A stretch of DNA of 64,000 nt from Basidiobolus meristosporus CBS 931.73. Its lineage: Eukaryota; Fungi; Basidiobolomycota. The stretch covers positions 1-64,000 of the forward strand of contig MCFE01000247.1 in the NCBI GenBank assembly GCA_002104905.1, in the 5' to 3' direction. Below, piece by piece: positions 1 through 13,410 of this stretch (position 1 is its first letter; the number at the start of each line of letters is the position of its first letter). A program made the translations under genes and the position numbers. The notes below the pieces were generated by a model, which saw nothing but the letters and a program-made list of their open reading frames with translations, made no database searches and was not told where the DNA came from.

Positions 1-210
1 TTAAGTCCACCAAATTTCAGGATTGAATCAGAGCATACAATGGAAATTTTTTCACTCCAGAGGACTCTACAACTGTGGTTCAGCCTGAAGCAGTGCCCAG
101 GAATATCCCAGAAGTGGTCATCCCAGTATTAAATGCCCAGAGACCCAACTGGACAAGTTATAGCTCATATCACTATATCAATGTGGGTATAAACTTGGCC
201 TTATGCTATT
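1..210 (+). pseudogene. Copia family A fragment (integrase-RT linker), cut by the window edge
   Basis: Aligns by eye to 33610-33830 of the intact element (e.g. ccagaggactctacaac, gtgcccaggaatatcccagaagtg). Confidence 0.85.
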
Positions 211-213
211 ATT

Positions 214-2760
214 AGAGCTATGAATCATACAACTGCACCTAAATATATACTCAGGTCACTTGGATAGCAGCCTAAAAATCTTTGAGAATTCTTACCAAAC
301 TCCTTGCCCAAATTTACTTCAAGTATTTACCACAAAATCAGGTGTCCAGAACATGTGAATTCTCAAAGTTGACAAAACAGCCCACACTTTACACATAAAC
401 TCTCAAGAAGGATCTCAAAGTTGGAACTTATTGTGCTTAGCTGGTATCCTGATGATGTCTTGGCTTAAAGTTTTGAGTTTCATTTTCTGGTGGAAGGAGC
501 AAATAGTTGAGAATCAAATTTGCTATGAATGCTTGTTGTGCCAGTCCCCCCTTGAAAAGGATATCTGCTTGTCTGATGAGAAGCTAGTACCCAAATATTA
601 AGAGTTGTGAATTTTGGGAAGGTTAGGATTCTGCTGATAGCATGATAATACTTGACTGACCTTTTGTTAATTTTTTCTTAGGGTATGTAGTTGGGACCTT
701 CTTGAGCATATTCTTTATGCTTGATTTGCAAAGACCATGTAAAGTATAAACACTACTTTTACATTCATAAGGCAATCAGTAAAATTATAAAATATACTAG
801 CGCTCCCAATCACTTATAATGCTGCCAAGACTCTTACAGCAGGTTATAGCCCCCAAGCTGCCATTTTCAGGAATGCCTACTACTGATATTACTGAATTCC
901 TGTGCTCAGCAGAATGGTTAGATGAATTAAGCATCCAAGTCTGGAAGGTCAAGACAAAGATGCAGCTACAGGAACAAGGCCTCTAGAATATTGTTATAGG
1001 AGAAGAATGCCCTTCTAAAGGTGTAGGAGTAGGTGCCTTTAAGTACCAGAAGAAAGAGCAATGTGATTTTAACTGCATTTGCTTTATTGTTAAATACAAA
1101 TTACTAACTCACTGCTCATGAGAAAAAGCAGCAAAGAGTGCCTGGAAGGCATTACAAGATGCCAAACAGTCATCCTTAGCTGCTAGAAGGATATATCTTA
1201 GATAAATACATCTTACTCCAAAAGTGCTGCCAGGAGAAGAAATGCAAATTCTAATAAGCAGAATAGCCCTGTTGGCTGAGAAGCTGGAATTGGTGGGTGT
1301 ACCTACTACAGATGAATGTATGATAGGTACACTCCTACATAACCTCACAGACAAGCTTCAGAGACTTGTTTCTGCACCAGAGTCCAGGATGGAATATTTG
1401 ACTTCAGACTATGTATTTAGAAGGCCCCTGAATAAAGAATCTAGAAAATCAAGCACCAACAAGAAGGAAGTGGTAAATGCTTTTACATGCAATGAAAACC
1501 ATCAGAGGAGGTACTCAAGACCCTTCAAAGGCAACAGCCACCTTTCATGCAGCCACAGCAAAAGGAAAGGACACATATCAGACTGATATTCCAGAAAGGG
1601 GCACAAATACTGAATATGGAAATACTGCAACAACTTGAGATAGATTGTTCATATCTGCACTAGATATTATTTCAGACCAGGAATCTCAGACATGGTATAT
1701 TTCCTCTGGAGCATCTCAACGCTTCACAGACAAAAAAGAACCTTTTACTCATCATCAGGAAGTTCCAATGGAGAATGGTTTCATGGGTGACAATAGAACA
1801 CTTCTTGCTGTTGGAGAGGAAAGTATCCAAGTAAGCATCAGAGGCAGTGAAGGAAGTGGCACACTTGCCTTCAAAGAAGTACTCTTTATACCATAAATAG
1901 CCAAGGACCTATTAACTGTAAGCAATGATACAGCAAAAGAACTCAGTTTCAGGTTTGACAACTCTGGATGCAGGATCATTGATCAAAATGGTGTTGATAT
2001 TACTTTGAGCATCATCAATTAAAATCTATACATTTTAATTACATTTCACCATAGCTGGAAGCGGGTATAAGTACCTTGAGTAAAGAAAGACCAATGCCTT
2101 GGCTCAGGAGATTGAGCACATCAATTTTAATTCTTTGTGCAAGATGCTCATAGATCAGCTAACTTCTGGGGTGAAAATTGACCTCTCAGCTGATATGGTG
2201 CACTTTATAGCCTGCATATATTGCAACCAAGTCAAACAACCTCTTAAGAGATCTGTGTTATTAACTACTAGGAAAAACTAAACCTAATCCACCCATATTT
2301 GTGTGTACCTATACATTTTTTTCCTCAGGGGGAAGGGAGTTTTAGCCACACTTATTGATGGTCATAAAAGATACACCTGGGTCAACTGCATGGAAAGAGA
2401 GAATGTAGCTCTGCCTGAGCTCAGGGAGTCTAAAGCCATTGCTGAGGGAGAAGCTGGTGCAAAAATCTAGAAAAATGATCTGACAATGATAGATATTTTA
2501 CCTCAATACTCTTCACCCACTTCTGCAAAATTCATGGGATATTGGAAGACACTACTGCACTAGGCACCCAGCAGTGAAATGAGGCTTCAGAGCACTCATA
2601 CAGATCTAAAATCAATACAGCAAGCCCTACAATCCATGATCAAAAAATATCCTATGACTATTGGATGGAATCCATCGCTGCAACTGTGTATCTTAAAAGT
2701 CAGAGTTATAGCATAATAATTTGCTATTTACTCCATTTGAGGCATTGTATGAACACAGAT
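214..2760 (+). mobile_element. Degenerate, 3'-truncated copia family A element: 5' LTR about 214-841, PBS 842-853, gag-protease-integrase relics
   Basis: LTR similar to 31080-31429, ending ctcttacagca and followed by ggttatagcccc. ORF fragments 1224-1586 (gag), 1645-1896 (WYISSGAS protease) and 2099-2281 (pre-integrase) match the intact polyprotein. Confidence 0.85.
397..683. mobile_element. 287 bp insertion in the A-family LTR, possibly a MITE related to the CCCTA family
   Basis: Absent from other A LTRs. Removing it restores acacatgt..ttggg; flanks are CAT/TAT; the right end tttttcttaggg reads CCCTAAGAAAAA on the minus strand; the left end is poorly conserved. Confidence 0.45.
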
Positions 2761-2762
2761 TA

Positions 2763-4490
2763 TGGCCACATTGCTTCTTTTATAGCTTCATAGGCTGCCA
2801 TTTACTCTGCTTCTGTGGTAGAGAGTGCCCTGGCTTGGTAGCTTTGGTGAACTCCATTAAAATGCTTCTTTGCAGCAAAGAAAGGTGTATCCTGTGGTGG
2901 ATTCTCTGTCTTAAGCAGATATTAGCTGTTCCTTTTAGGTATCAAAAATCTACTAACTGCTGCAATACAATCAGATCCATAGGTGTGATTATGCAGGCTG
3001 ACAACTCCCACTAAATACAAGATGTCTAGGTGTGTTTCATGCAAAATATATATCCAACTGCCAACCATGGACTGATAAAGAAAGTCAGGGCTTTCAGATG
3101 GCACCAAGCTCTCTTGATTTAGTTGAGTTTTGACCAAGTTAAGGTTTGTCTCCATTGATGTAACTTCCAGTTAACATTCTTCCATATGGTACTTCCTTAG
3201 TATATTTGAATATACCTGGGCTGGCTTAGGGTGATAGTCTGGGTACTTCTGTCTATGGAGAACTTTATCCCCAAGTGGTAACTGAGTTCTTCTAGATTGG
3301 ACTTCTTGAACTCCTTAGATAGGCTGGATTTAGTCACTTCTAGTGCTTATAGGTCATTGCGGCTATAATAAGAACCTCAACACATAGTGCCAATAGGACT
3401 GAACTTGCCCTATCAGGCTTAGAGTATATGTATAAGTCAGCAGTACACCGCTGAAAACTCAATAATTTTAAATAAGAAGCTATCTTGCAACTCTAAGCAC
3501 TTGGTGATGGTTTAAGACCGTATAGAGATTTTTAAGCTTGCTGACTAAATGGGGGTTATATTAGTATGAGTTAATCTTGGCTGCCAGTGCAAAGGTTTTA
3601 CTACAGTCAAGTCCTGTTGTTTGAGAGTATCCTTTGGCCACAGGTGTTGCTTTGAATCTTTCAATTGTACCATTGGCATAATATTTACTCTTGATGGCTC
3701 ATCTGCATCCAGCTAATTTTTGGTTGATTGGTAATTTAACTGAGTCTCATTGTCAATATTTTATCAGGGCCTGATACTCCCCAGTCATTGCAGATCTGCA
3801 AAACTTTGTCTGAGGGCTTTTGAGAGCCTCTTTAAAGTCTGGGGCTCATTAATAAGGACTGAATAGTCAAAGGCTAGGTTTGTGGCCTCATTTATATAGT
3901 TATTTAGGTTATTTCTGGTCCAGTTGCATCTTCTGGTTTGTGATACAGGAAAGATCACTTCTGAAATATTCCTGGGTACTGGTTCAGGCTAAACCATAGC
4001 TGTAGAGCCCTCTGGAGTGGAAAGATTATCATTGTCTTGCTCTGATTCAATCCTGACTATTGGTGAACTTGAGATCATATCTCAGCCATCATATGATATC
4101 TTTTTCTGTGATAATTTTGCATTTTCAGCAAACAACACATCCCCAGACTTGCTCGGCTTCTTTGCTTTAGTAATGCAGAGCTTATATGCTTTACTCTTTT
4201 TCAGTAGCCCAAAAATACACATACTACACTTGGTGGCTCAAATTTTGACTGATATTTGGGTAATTTCTTGGCATATGCTATACTCCCAGATATTCTTGGA
4301 TGTTCTGCAGTTGCTCTGTATCTATACCATGCTTCAGGTTAAGTACAATCACAAAGTATACTATATAACTCCTATCTTTAAAGTATATAGCTGCGGCAAC
4401 TGATACCAGCCAAAAATTGTTGGATAATTTTTGATCATATATAATGGATCTTGCCATATCAATTACTGATCTGTTTGCTAATGTCACTAA
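2763..4490 (-). pseudogene. Degenerate copia family A integrase-RT-RNaseH fragment
   Basis: Minus-strand ORF pieces METNLNLVKTQLNQESLVPSESPDF (2922-3155) and ANRSVIDMARSIIYDQKLS (4278-4487) match the intact pol. Confidence 0.9.
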
Positions 4491-4999
4491 TTCTTGAGAA
4501 GTCTCTTACATCCAAGACACTTATCAAATTGCAACAGACACTTTCATATAGCTTGCAAACTCTCTTATCAATGTACTGTTATCCCTTGCTTTATGCTTCA
4601 CAACTTGTTGAAGCTTGCCACACCACTAAAGGGTTTGTGGTGACTTTCCTTTGTATGCTCCTAATATGACTGTTGTAACTGATGCCCTACCTATGTTGAT
4701 TTGTTAGAGGTGTCACCATTTACATAGTTTCTTGTAGGCTCTAGCTTTCACTAGTTTATAGCTCTTTAGGTAGTATTAACATCACATGTCCAATAATATC
4801 TCCAATTACATATAATGAAGTGACAATGTTATGTGAATAGTCATCTTTTCAGCAGCACTATTTATTCCATAAACTACCAAGGGAGGCTTTAGTCATAAAC
4901 CATATGTAAGGGAACTGGGGTGCATGCAATCTGCTTACCCAATCTCAAGCTTATAATAGGCTAAGCAGAGATAAGTGAGTGGGTGAATGGGGCAGGTGT

Positions 5000-5750
5000 C
5001 AAGAGTGTGCCAGGAGAAACCAAGTAGAATCTGAACACAACTCTTGGGCAAGACGTGGCTACTTTAATGGGTGCTTGTACTACATAACACAAAGTTGATG
5101 ACAGGCTCCAGAAGAAACATGCCATTTTTTAATACTGACTTCAGCACTCTCTTTATTGCAATAAGCAGATGCTTATTTCCAGTACCTTAGCATGCTTACT
5201 CCAGTCCCTGCTTTTGTTAGCCTGTTTCTTATGCACTCCATTCCCTGGTGTCCTGGCACCTTAGATTGATTGAGTAACCAAGTTTTGTTTGCTTTTGTTG
5301 TGTCATTTTCCTTGTAGTAAGTATTTCTCAGCAATATATGGCATCATCTGTAGTATAATGCTATATAATGTAGACTATACCCAGCAATGTCTTTTTCTTG
5401 TGTGTGCTGGCATTGATACAGAAGTGCTCTACTGGGGATGTTGCCTTCAGGTTTCATGTTGCAAAATATCATTGAATGGTTCTTCTTGATGTAAAAGAAA
5501 CTTCTTTGCAAGTAGAGTTTGCCCATATCTGACAAGAGATTAAAGATTATCACTGGTAGTTACCAAGCTTCACATGCACTATCAATAGTAGTTGGGTTAT
5601 TGTCTATTGATAAGTTGCCCATTATTTATACCTCTGAAAAGCTGTACAGCTGTAATGTGCTAATAGGGGTACTTCCTAGTACTTTGGAGAATACAGTAAT
5701 AGCTTCAGGGGTAGCTCCTAATACTTGATAAATATATTAACTGGATCTTG
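5000..5750 (-). pseudogene. Copia gag/protease relic (B-like)
   Basis: Minus strand gives WHVSSGACHQLC (protease motif) at about 5090-5130 and a decayed zinc-knuckle region at about 5220-5300. Confidence 0.55.
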
Positions 5751-5896
5751 AGAGGGAAAATCTTATAGGATCATGGATCTTATTGAAATGCAGTGTCAAT
5801 GCTGCAAATGAGTCATATCTTGGCCAAAATCCTTATAGGATTTTTAGGCAAATGTTTAGTGGCTAAATATTATATATATCAGCATTTGCTTTAGGA

Positions 5897-8552
5897 TGCT
5901 GTAGAAATATTAGAGAGAAATATTGGAAGTGAAATGGAGAATTAGAAGATTTACATAATACTCACTTGTTAATATGTTGAGTTGCAAAGCAGTATTTATT
6001 TTTATTGCAGAACTACACAAGTGCAGCTATTTGTTCACTATCAGGGGAGTCTCAGTAATACATGTATCAACTTTCAGCTCATATAGACAAGTTTCATATT
6101 TTCCTAAAATTCTGTACCTCACCAACTTCTAATGAATACTAATATCTTACAAACTGGTTTCTAAGTGGATCTTCTGAAATATATCATATAACTAAGTGCT
6201 AGCTCATAAAATATTGATAATCAGGTGGACTCCTAATCATTTCAACACTCCCACTAACATAATATATTAATATAATTATGAACTTGCTTTGGTGTTATGC
6301 ATCTGGTGGCTAAAATTAAACCTGTAAACCACCATCTAGCCTATTGGACAAATGTGTTCTGCAATATATGTTAGGGACTGCGTATTATCTATAATAGCTA
6401 AGTACAAGCCTATACTATTCATCATATACATCAGATCAAATTACCCAGAGTCTGAATTCTGATCTCATCACAGTATATCTATGAATAAGTACCATCCACT
6501 TGTTTGGAGTGAAGATTTTTAGATACTAATCATATCCAGTCATATTGCATTCCATCAGGTAGCTGATCTTTCAGGCTTTCTACTGCTGCTTATCTGAGCG
6601 TGAATGGTTGATAACTTGCAAAGTTGTGATGCAGTTTCCTTGTAATAGATCAGGATCATCCACAGTTCCAAAATAAAGTCTAATTCACTTGGGCTATTCT
6701 GTTGAAATATTGGGCTATTTGGTATCATTCAGCAGCTAATAATTTACTTAACAATACTAGACTAGTCTTGGTCACTGTAGGACTGATTTGCAACCACAAA
6801 TTTGCCAGTTTCTTTACATATATGATCCCATGATTATTTCCCTATAGTGAAGACCAAATTAACACTTTTTACCAAACATTATGTACTAACCCTGAAACCA
6901 TTACAGAATGCTGCTGATATGTTAAGAAACCATCCTTACTTAGTGTTACAGCTGTATTACTTCAACAAAGGTATAGATACAGATCCTCTTTATGAATAAA
7001 CAATGTTCAACTATTATCAATATACATTGATAAATTCCTTATATCCAAAGCACTTCTTAAATCTCAACATATTCTTTGTATATCCATAGCTAGATCTGGA
7101 TAATAGCTTTCCTTGTATATTCCTTAAATTTATTGCTAGAGCCAATGACTGGTCAGCATTATGGTAGCCTTAATCATCACTGGCAGATTTAATGTTTCCT
7201 CTTCCATACTAGTGATCTCAATGGATTTAGGCTAGGTTTTCTTCATTCTTGATGTGGAATATTGTACTCCCACTGAAGCTATATCTTATGGTGCTTCCTG
7301 TCTTCTAGAGCTGACCTAGAGAGATCATATTTATCCTTCTGATCTAGGCATTACTCTCTTGGACTGATATTTCTGTTACATTCTCAGAACTTCCCATTTG
7401 CATTTTGACGGGCTTGATATGGTATCACAGATTGCCACAGTCTGATTAGTAGCTATTCATAAAGGCTTCATACTAAGCAGGGTAGGTATGTTCTCTTATG
7501 TTTCATTACACTCAAACAATACTACTAGATCTGGCACTTTCCAATTGTGTAAATCAACCATAACAGCCCTAATATGCCATTGTTACTTCTGATGGAATAT
7601 TCCAGCATAGAGCTTAATTGCCAGAGTAAATGGACAAGCCCCTGAGCATCTTTGATCAGATAAACTTCTGTAAAAAGCCATTTCTCTCAGCATCTTGGCA
7701 GCAGATATCACTTACTGCAGTGTGTCATGTAGCTGGGAGCTGCAAGTAGACTGATCTGATCATAAGAGCAAGAAAAATGTTTGATCTATATTATATATAC
7801 AGTTGGCAATCACTTAGTGCCTAGTGATATATGTTCCAGTATAGGGCACCTAGTGCATTACTCAGTAGTATTTCATATATTTTCTATAGTATATATAGAG
7901 AATATATGCATATATTTTGGTCATGATCTCCAGTAGCACTTTTCTTGATGGCAGTAAAAATTCCATGTTCAGATATTCATAGGTATATCTCCTCCCACTG
8001 TTTCTGATACTTGATGAAGACATGTAGTTTGTCTAATAAGCTTCTCACAGAGCCTCAGGATCATTGATACAAGAAATAGTACCACTGTTACATTATCTGT
8101 ACTACTCCAAAGTTGGCATGTCTGAGATCACTGATCTATGCCCACATATATTGCTTGCTGTGATTACATGTCTTATCAATGCTTCATCCTGCGGCACATT
8201 TTGTAATTTGAAATGTGTCCAACATGATCTCCTCAGCATATGACCTCTTTCTTCTTTCAGTATCCCCATCAAAGGCAAAGGCCTTTCTCTCCATAACACT
8301 CTATGCTACCTAGCAGTACCTTGCAATGGCAGTACTTTTCTGTCTTTTGTAACTTCAGGTAGACAAGGTAGTCTTTCTGCAGAATAAAGACACCCAACAT
8401 ATAGCAAGCTTGGTGCTCATAAACTGTTGAAATATTGGAGAGATATATCAGAGGTGGAATGGAGCATTAGAAGATTTACATGGTATTCACTTGCTAATCT
8501 ATTGAGTTGCAACACAATATTGAAGCTTATTGCAGAACCACATAAGTGTATC
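5897..8552 (-). mobile_element. Copia-type family D element, old and internally short: 3' LTR 5897-6247, partial 5' LTR 8425-8552
   Basis: LTR ending tttcaaca next to the reverse-complement PPT ctcccact (6248). Reverse-complement PBS gctcataaac just before tgttgaaat at 8425. Gag-like relics (DPEAL*EAY, SKMLRGLS) in between. Confidence 0.7.
6700..7069 (+). repeat. Solo LTR, copia family B, with 5-bp TSD TATTC
   Basis: tgttgaaat...ctcaaca, similar to 20613-20981; TATTC at 6695-6699 and 7070-7074. Confidence 0.9.
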
Positions 8553-8944
8553 TATGTGCTCATTATTATGATTGATAAAATTGATGGCATTTTTGCAGAT
8601 AAGTGTATAAGCTTTCTAGAATAATGTAATAACTGCTTTACTCAAACTCTGTAGTGCACTATACACATTGTAGCTGGAGGTTCATGAGCCTTCTGGGCAA
8701 CTTTATGGCATGTTAACAGCAGTTTTTGCCACAATGGTTGCAAAAATAGCAAAATGACTAACAGTGCTGCTATGGGCTTTAGGCAAGGTTGACCTGATGT
8801 TAAGGTGATTGAAATGCAGTCTTCATGTATTTGAGCTGCCCTCTACAGCTAGTTCATGAGGTTTTCTAACTATAAGTAACCTCATGGTCTTTAGGCAATC
8901 AATGTATCAATCTTTTTTGGCATTATCATGGCAGTACAGTGTCC

Positions 8945-9288
8945 AGTTGAAAAGTCAGAGCTATATAGTGGAAGTGAAATGGAGAATTGTAAGACTTACT
9001 TGATATTCACTTATTGTTTCATTGAGTTTCAACACAGTATTTATACTTATTGCAGAAATACTTGAGTGTACTACTTGGTCATTGTTGGGAAGGTCTCAGG
9101 AGCACATGTGCCAGGTTTCAGCTCATTTTGACAAGTTTCAAATTTTCCTAAAATTCTGTGTCTCAGTTCATAATAATTAGCAAGCATCTTGCAAGCTAAT
9201 TTCTAAGCTATTATTCCAAACAGATCATCAAGCAAAGTGCTATTACACAATATACTAATAATCAGGTGGACTCCTAATTACCTCAAAA
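8945..9288 (-). repeat. Solo LTR, family D, with 5-bp TSD TGTCC
   Basis: Similar to 5897-6247; TGTCC at 8940-8944 and 9289-9293; decayed termini agttgaa...tcaaaa. Confidence 0.8.
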
Positions 9289-9689
9289 TGTCCCATTACT
9301 AGTCTTGCATAATGCTTCCATACCACTTTTGTATATGGTATTTCTTTTGTCTACCTCTCCTTGTTCTATTCACTTTTCCACTGTGAAATTGCAGCTCTGC
9401 ATTTGCTTACTCACTATTACCATGGGTATTTCACATATACTTTGAGCCAGAATCAAGTAACACCTTGTGAGTTGTATCTTCTATGCACATGCATATCCAA
9501 TGCACTCAATGTACTATTATCATGACTACATTGTGGCTCTTAGGTGTAGATTTGCAAAGTTGTCATGTATCATGATTTGCAGTTATATAAGATTTGCACA
9601 TGCATATGCTTAATTGCCACCACTGTGCCATGAGACTTATTAGCAACCTACAAAATATCTTTTGATACTTGGCAATCAGACCCATCTCC

Positions 9690-11070
9690 CTGATGGATTC
9701 TAGTCCCTCTGACTTGTATACACTGCTTCTTTTTGTGTAAATTCAATTCTCATAAACATAGAAATTGGCCTACATTCAAGTGAAACCTGGTATTCCTTGG
9801 TAATGTTGTCTCAATAGCAATAACTTGCTTGTTATATCCAATCTAACCTTGGCTTGCTTACAAATACAATTCCTCATCTCTCAAATTGTTTCACAACCTC
9901 TAAGGAAACAATACAGCAGCTTTCTGTGGCTGGCCTTGATTGGTTTTGCAGCTTGGGCATGTTCTCACTAGCTTCCAAGTCTCATGTTTCATTCTGGGCT
10001 AATATGCTGAAGGTTTCACAAGCCTGTAGGTACCTTCAATTCTAGGATAACCATATTGATGGAGTAGCTTGTAAGTTAAATCCAGGTGAGCAAGATAGGG
10101 GCAATAGAGAATAGAGCCTCCATCAACAATTTGGTAGGCTGTTTCATCCTGTACTACCAGATTGCTGGCTTCATCCCAGACATTTGCCTTAATATCTTCA
10201 TCCACCTTATTAGGAATGGCATGACCATCAAAGTACTTTGGTGATAAGCTTGGCCATTCTGATTCATGTACCAGGTTGAGCTATGCAACTTGTTCTAGTC
10301 TTGATAAGATGTCAGCAACTGTATTTTTTCTCTCAGGACAGCGGACTATTGCCAAGTTGAATTGTTGAAATATTCACTTGATCTTGTCACTCTTCTGTAT
10401 AGTACCATCAGATTAAATTTATACCTGAGTAGAGTGTGTTCAATCTCCGCAGTGCACTTGACTCCTTTAATGCAGCATTGAGATGTCTTCAAGCAGTGTA
10501 ATATGCTAAGAATCTTATTATCATCTGCTTGATAGTTTTCTACTGCTGAGCTCAGTTTCTTTAAATACAAAAGCAACAGGTCATTCCTTTTCCTCATGTC
10601 CTTGGCTCAGTACTCCATCAATTCCATAATCTGAAGCATCTCTGCAAAGAGTAAATTCTTTTCTGAAGTTAGGTATTCTTAGCTTAGCAGCTTGGCAAGC
10701 TCACTCTTCAACATCTGAAAGACAGCCTCTCAGGCCATGTTAGATTTCAAGGTCTTGTCTCTCTTGAGGATATTAGTCAAAGGGGCTGCAAGACTTACAA
10801 AGACTTGACAAATCTCCAATGACAGGAAGCTAGTCCAATAAACAATCTGAGATCTGAGATGCTATGCGCTGTTTCAGATTCTTGATACCTTCCACTTTCT
10901 TTGGGCCTAAGGTCTCTATTGTGCCAGTCACTATGTGTCTCAGATATTCAACATGTTCCTTGAAAAATTCACACTTTGCTAACTTGCCATATAGCTTGTT
11001 CTCTCTGGCTTCTTGGCAGCTATGCAGGTAGGATGGTGTTTTGGACCCATATATCAGACAGACTACCATA
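9690..11070 (-). pseudogene. Ty3/gypsy pol fragment (RT C-terminus, RNase H, integrase zinc-binding region), no LTRs
   Basis: KLAKCEFFKEHVEYLRHIV (RT), KKLSSAVENYQADDNKILSI (RNase H), then HQYGYPRIEGTYRLVK followed by VRTCPSCK (HHCC region) in gypsy RT-RH-IN order. Confidence 0.85.
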
Positions 11071-12981
11071 AGGTTTATGCTCTGATACAGTAAGAGGGGT
11101 GGTAGATTCAGATTGATGAGATCTGTGCCAAAGCAGCATATGCTGGTAGAGTACTAGTTGAGCAAGAATCCATCAAGTGCCAAGGCAAAGGCATGGTCAT
11201 ATGTTCCTTCAAAGTAGCCCTTGCTTGTTAGTTGTTTTTAGTGCTTGCCATCAAAAGTATTGCAAGTGTTTGTGCTTCATTGATAATGAGTATTGTACTT
11301 TACTGCTTCACAACTTTTGCTGGACTACATTAGGTTCTATAGCTGGGGTATTGCGGGCATAAATCTGGTGTGTGAGCAATGGTCTCCTCCTATGGTGGTG
11401 GATTCATGGTAAGTTGGACACCGGCAATAGTGGCATTCTCTGATATGAATGGCATGAAACTGCTAACACATACTGGTAGCAGGGTGGTCTCTGGGTCATA
11501 TGTAGCCAGCTGCATGATAGTTGTTCATTTGTACCATGTACATGGTAAGTTGCATCCTGGAATGATTTTGGCAAGAAGTATTAGTAAGTCCCCAAAGCCC
11601 CCTGTGCTGATGTTTGTGCCAACATGCCACTTCTCAAGCAACAACACTACATCATTTACTAGTAGATGGATTACTGGGCTTAATTGACTTGATAAAGTAC
11701 CCTTGGTAATTCTTTCTATAAGTGTTGTCTCAATACATATTGAAATTTGGCCAGGCTCATACAAAGCACATTTCAAAGTATCCTTAGCATTTTTCCATTG
11801 ATGTCATCTCATTTCATCATGGACATGCTGGGCTCATATGGGGTACTATTGTTAGGGGAGATTGGCTCAAAATTCATCAATGAGCCTTTATCTAAGCTTT
11901 CACTCAGTGTGCCATATTCAGAAAGCTGAGGTGAACCTTAAGACATCACACTCATCCAACTTGGTTTTTGCAAGGTAACAAGTACAACTAGGTGCTATTA
12001 TGCAAGTATGACACAGCTAGTACACAGTTGTTGGTGTTAGTGATGAGTGGTGAAATATGACTTGTGTGGCAAAACACTGTCCATGATCCTTGTAATACTT
12101 CCTATGCTATCAGAATGCTCAATGGCTTCGACACTTGTTACAATAGCTACATAATCTATTTCTCTTCTCTTACAGTGATGAATGAAAGTAGTCTTCACCA
12201 TGAGGCAAATGGTTTGACATTCAACTACATAACACTATTCTATCACTCCTTTGTTAATACCCATGTGTACTTATGACAGTCCTGTATTTAAAACATTCCG
12301 TATACATAAATGTAAAATTCAACAATGATCTGGCACGGTAAGCATTATAAATAAGGTTGTAATACCATATACACATGTAAATGTAACACTATTTCCTCTT
12401 TGGTCTAACTCACTTCTATATATATGCCACCATAAGATAAACCAAAGTTGTTTGGTTCCCAACCAAGCCACAATGCAGACAACAGCAGAAGGACAGCTGG
12501 ATCAGAGCTTGCTTTTACATTCAGTGCAACAAGCAGGCCTCCATCCATAAATGGCCATGTTGAGAGTGTGTCTACTGAAGGTAATGCAAATTTCATAGGC
12601 TCTTAGTCCAGTAAGCAATTGAAAATCTCTGCCAGGCTACAAGCTGACCATAATGCTCAGGCAGATGAGAATGCAGCAAATGCCATACCTTGAGCTCAGG
12701 GCCAGGAAGTGGCTGTCATAAAATCACCCCCAACTGTATTAGCTGGTATGTTGTCAGCTCATAACAGAACATTGATGAGGTGATTGAGTGCAGTAGTTGA
12801 TATGGTAGATGCAGTGGCCTAGAGAAATCAGGAAACAGTCCAGAAACCAAATAAGCAGATAACACATGTAGAGTAGTGAGAATCCCAGGCAGAGAACACA
12901 GTATCCTTGCCTCAAAAAAGGAACTCAAGCAACTCAAGTCATAGCCAAGTATTGAGTCATTTCCCAATGCAATAGTACAGG

Positions 12982-13349
12982 TGTTACAAGTCTTGGTATA
13001 AGAGTTGTAGAGGAATAGGGAGTTTAGCTAATATTGTATTCACTAAAACTTGAACTGATATTTATTGAGGTTCCAGCAGCTCCTTATATACATTTTGCCA
13101 GATCAACTGCTGACTAATTGTATTTCCTAATGTAGGTTGTGGCTGATGACTCATTTGATTGCATCATCATCACCCAATAAGATCCTACTTAATATATCTA
13201 TTTCTGTCTGATAAGGATCTGCTGATTCATTTGCTGACTAATGCTACTGATTTGATAGATAATACTGATATACTAATAACCTAAACATATACTAATTGAT
13301 TTGACTAAAAACTGAACTAACTTAAACATTCAAGCGGCAGATCATAACA
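12982..13349. repeat. Solo LTR of a separate family (C), 368 bp, 4-bp TSD CAGG
   Basis: tgttacaag...atcataaca; CAGG at 12978-12981 and 13350-13353; removing it restores colinearity with H ORF2 at about 37820-37850. Confidence 0.8.
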
Positions 13350-13410
13350 CAGGAACACCATACAGTCTAAGAAGCTCAATTGTATTCAAAGATAATGCCC
13401 AGAGAAATAC

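Larger units (their letters stand above)
8553..13410 (-). mobile_element. CCCTA-type En/Spm element copy H0, segment 1 (right-end region, transposase relic about 11075-12100, start of ORF2), interrupted by solo LTRs and a gypsy fragment
   Basis: Homologous to the other H copies; ORF 11525-11776 (SPVIHLLVNDVVLLLEKWHVGTNISTGGFGDLLILLAKIIPGCNLPCTWYK) matches the transposase N-terminus at 25742-26197. Confidence 0.75.

Noticed and set aside
4500-4990. Possible gypsy RNase H/integrase relic (VTDALP, PYVRELGCMQ)
   Set aside because: Motifs too degenerate to call by eye.
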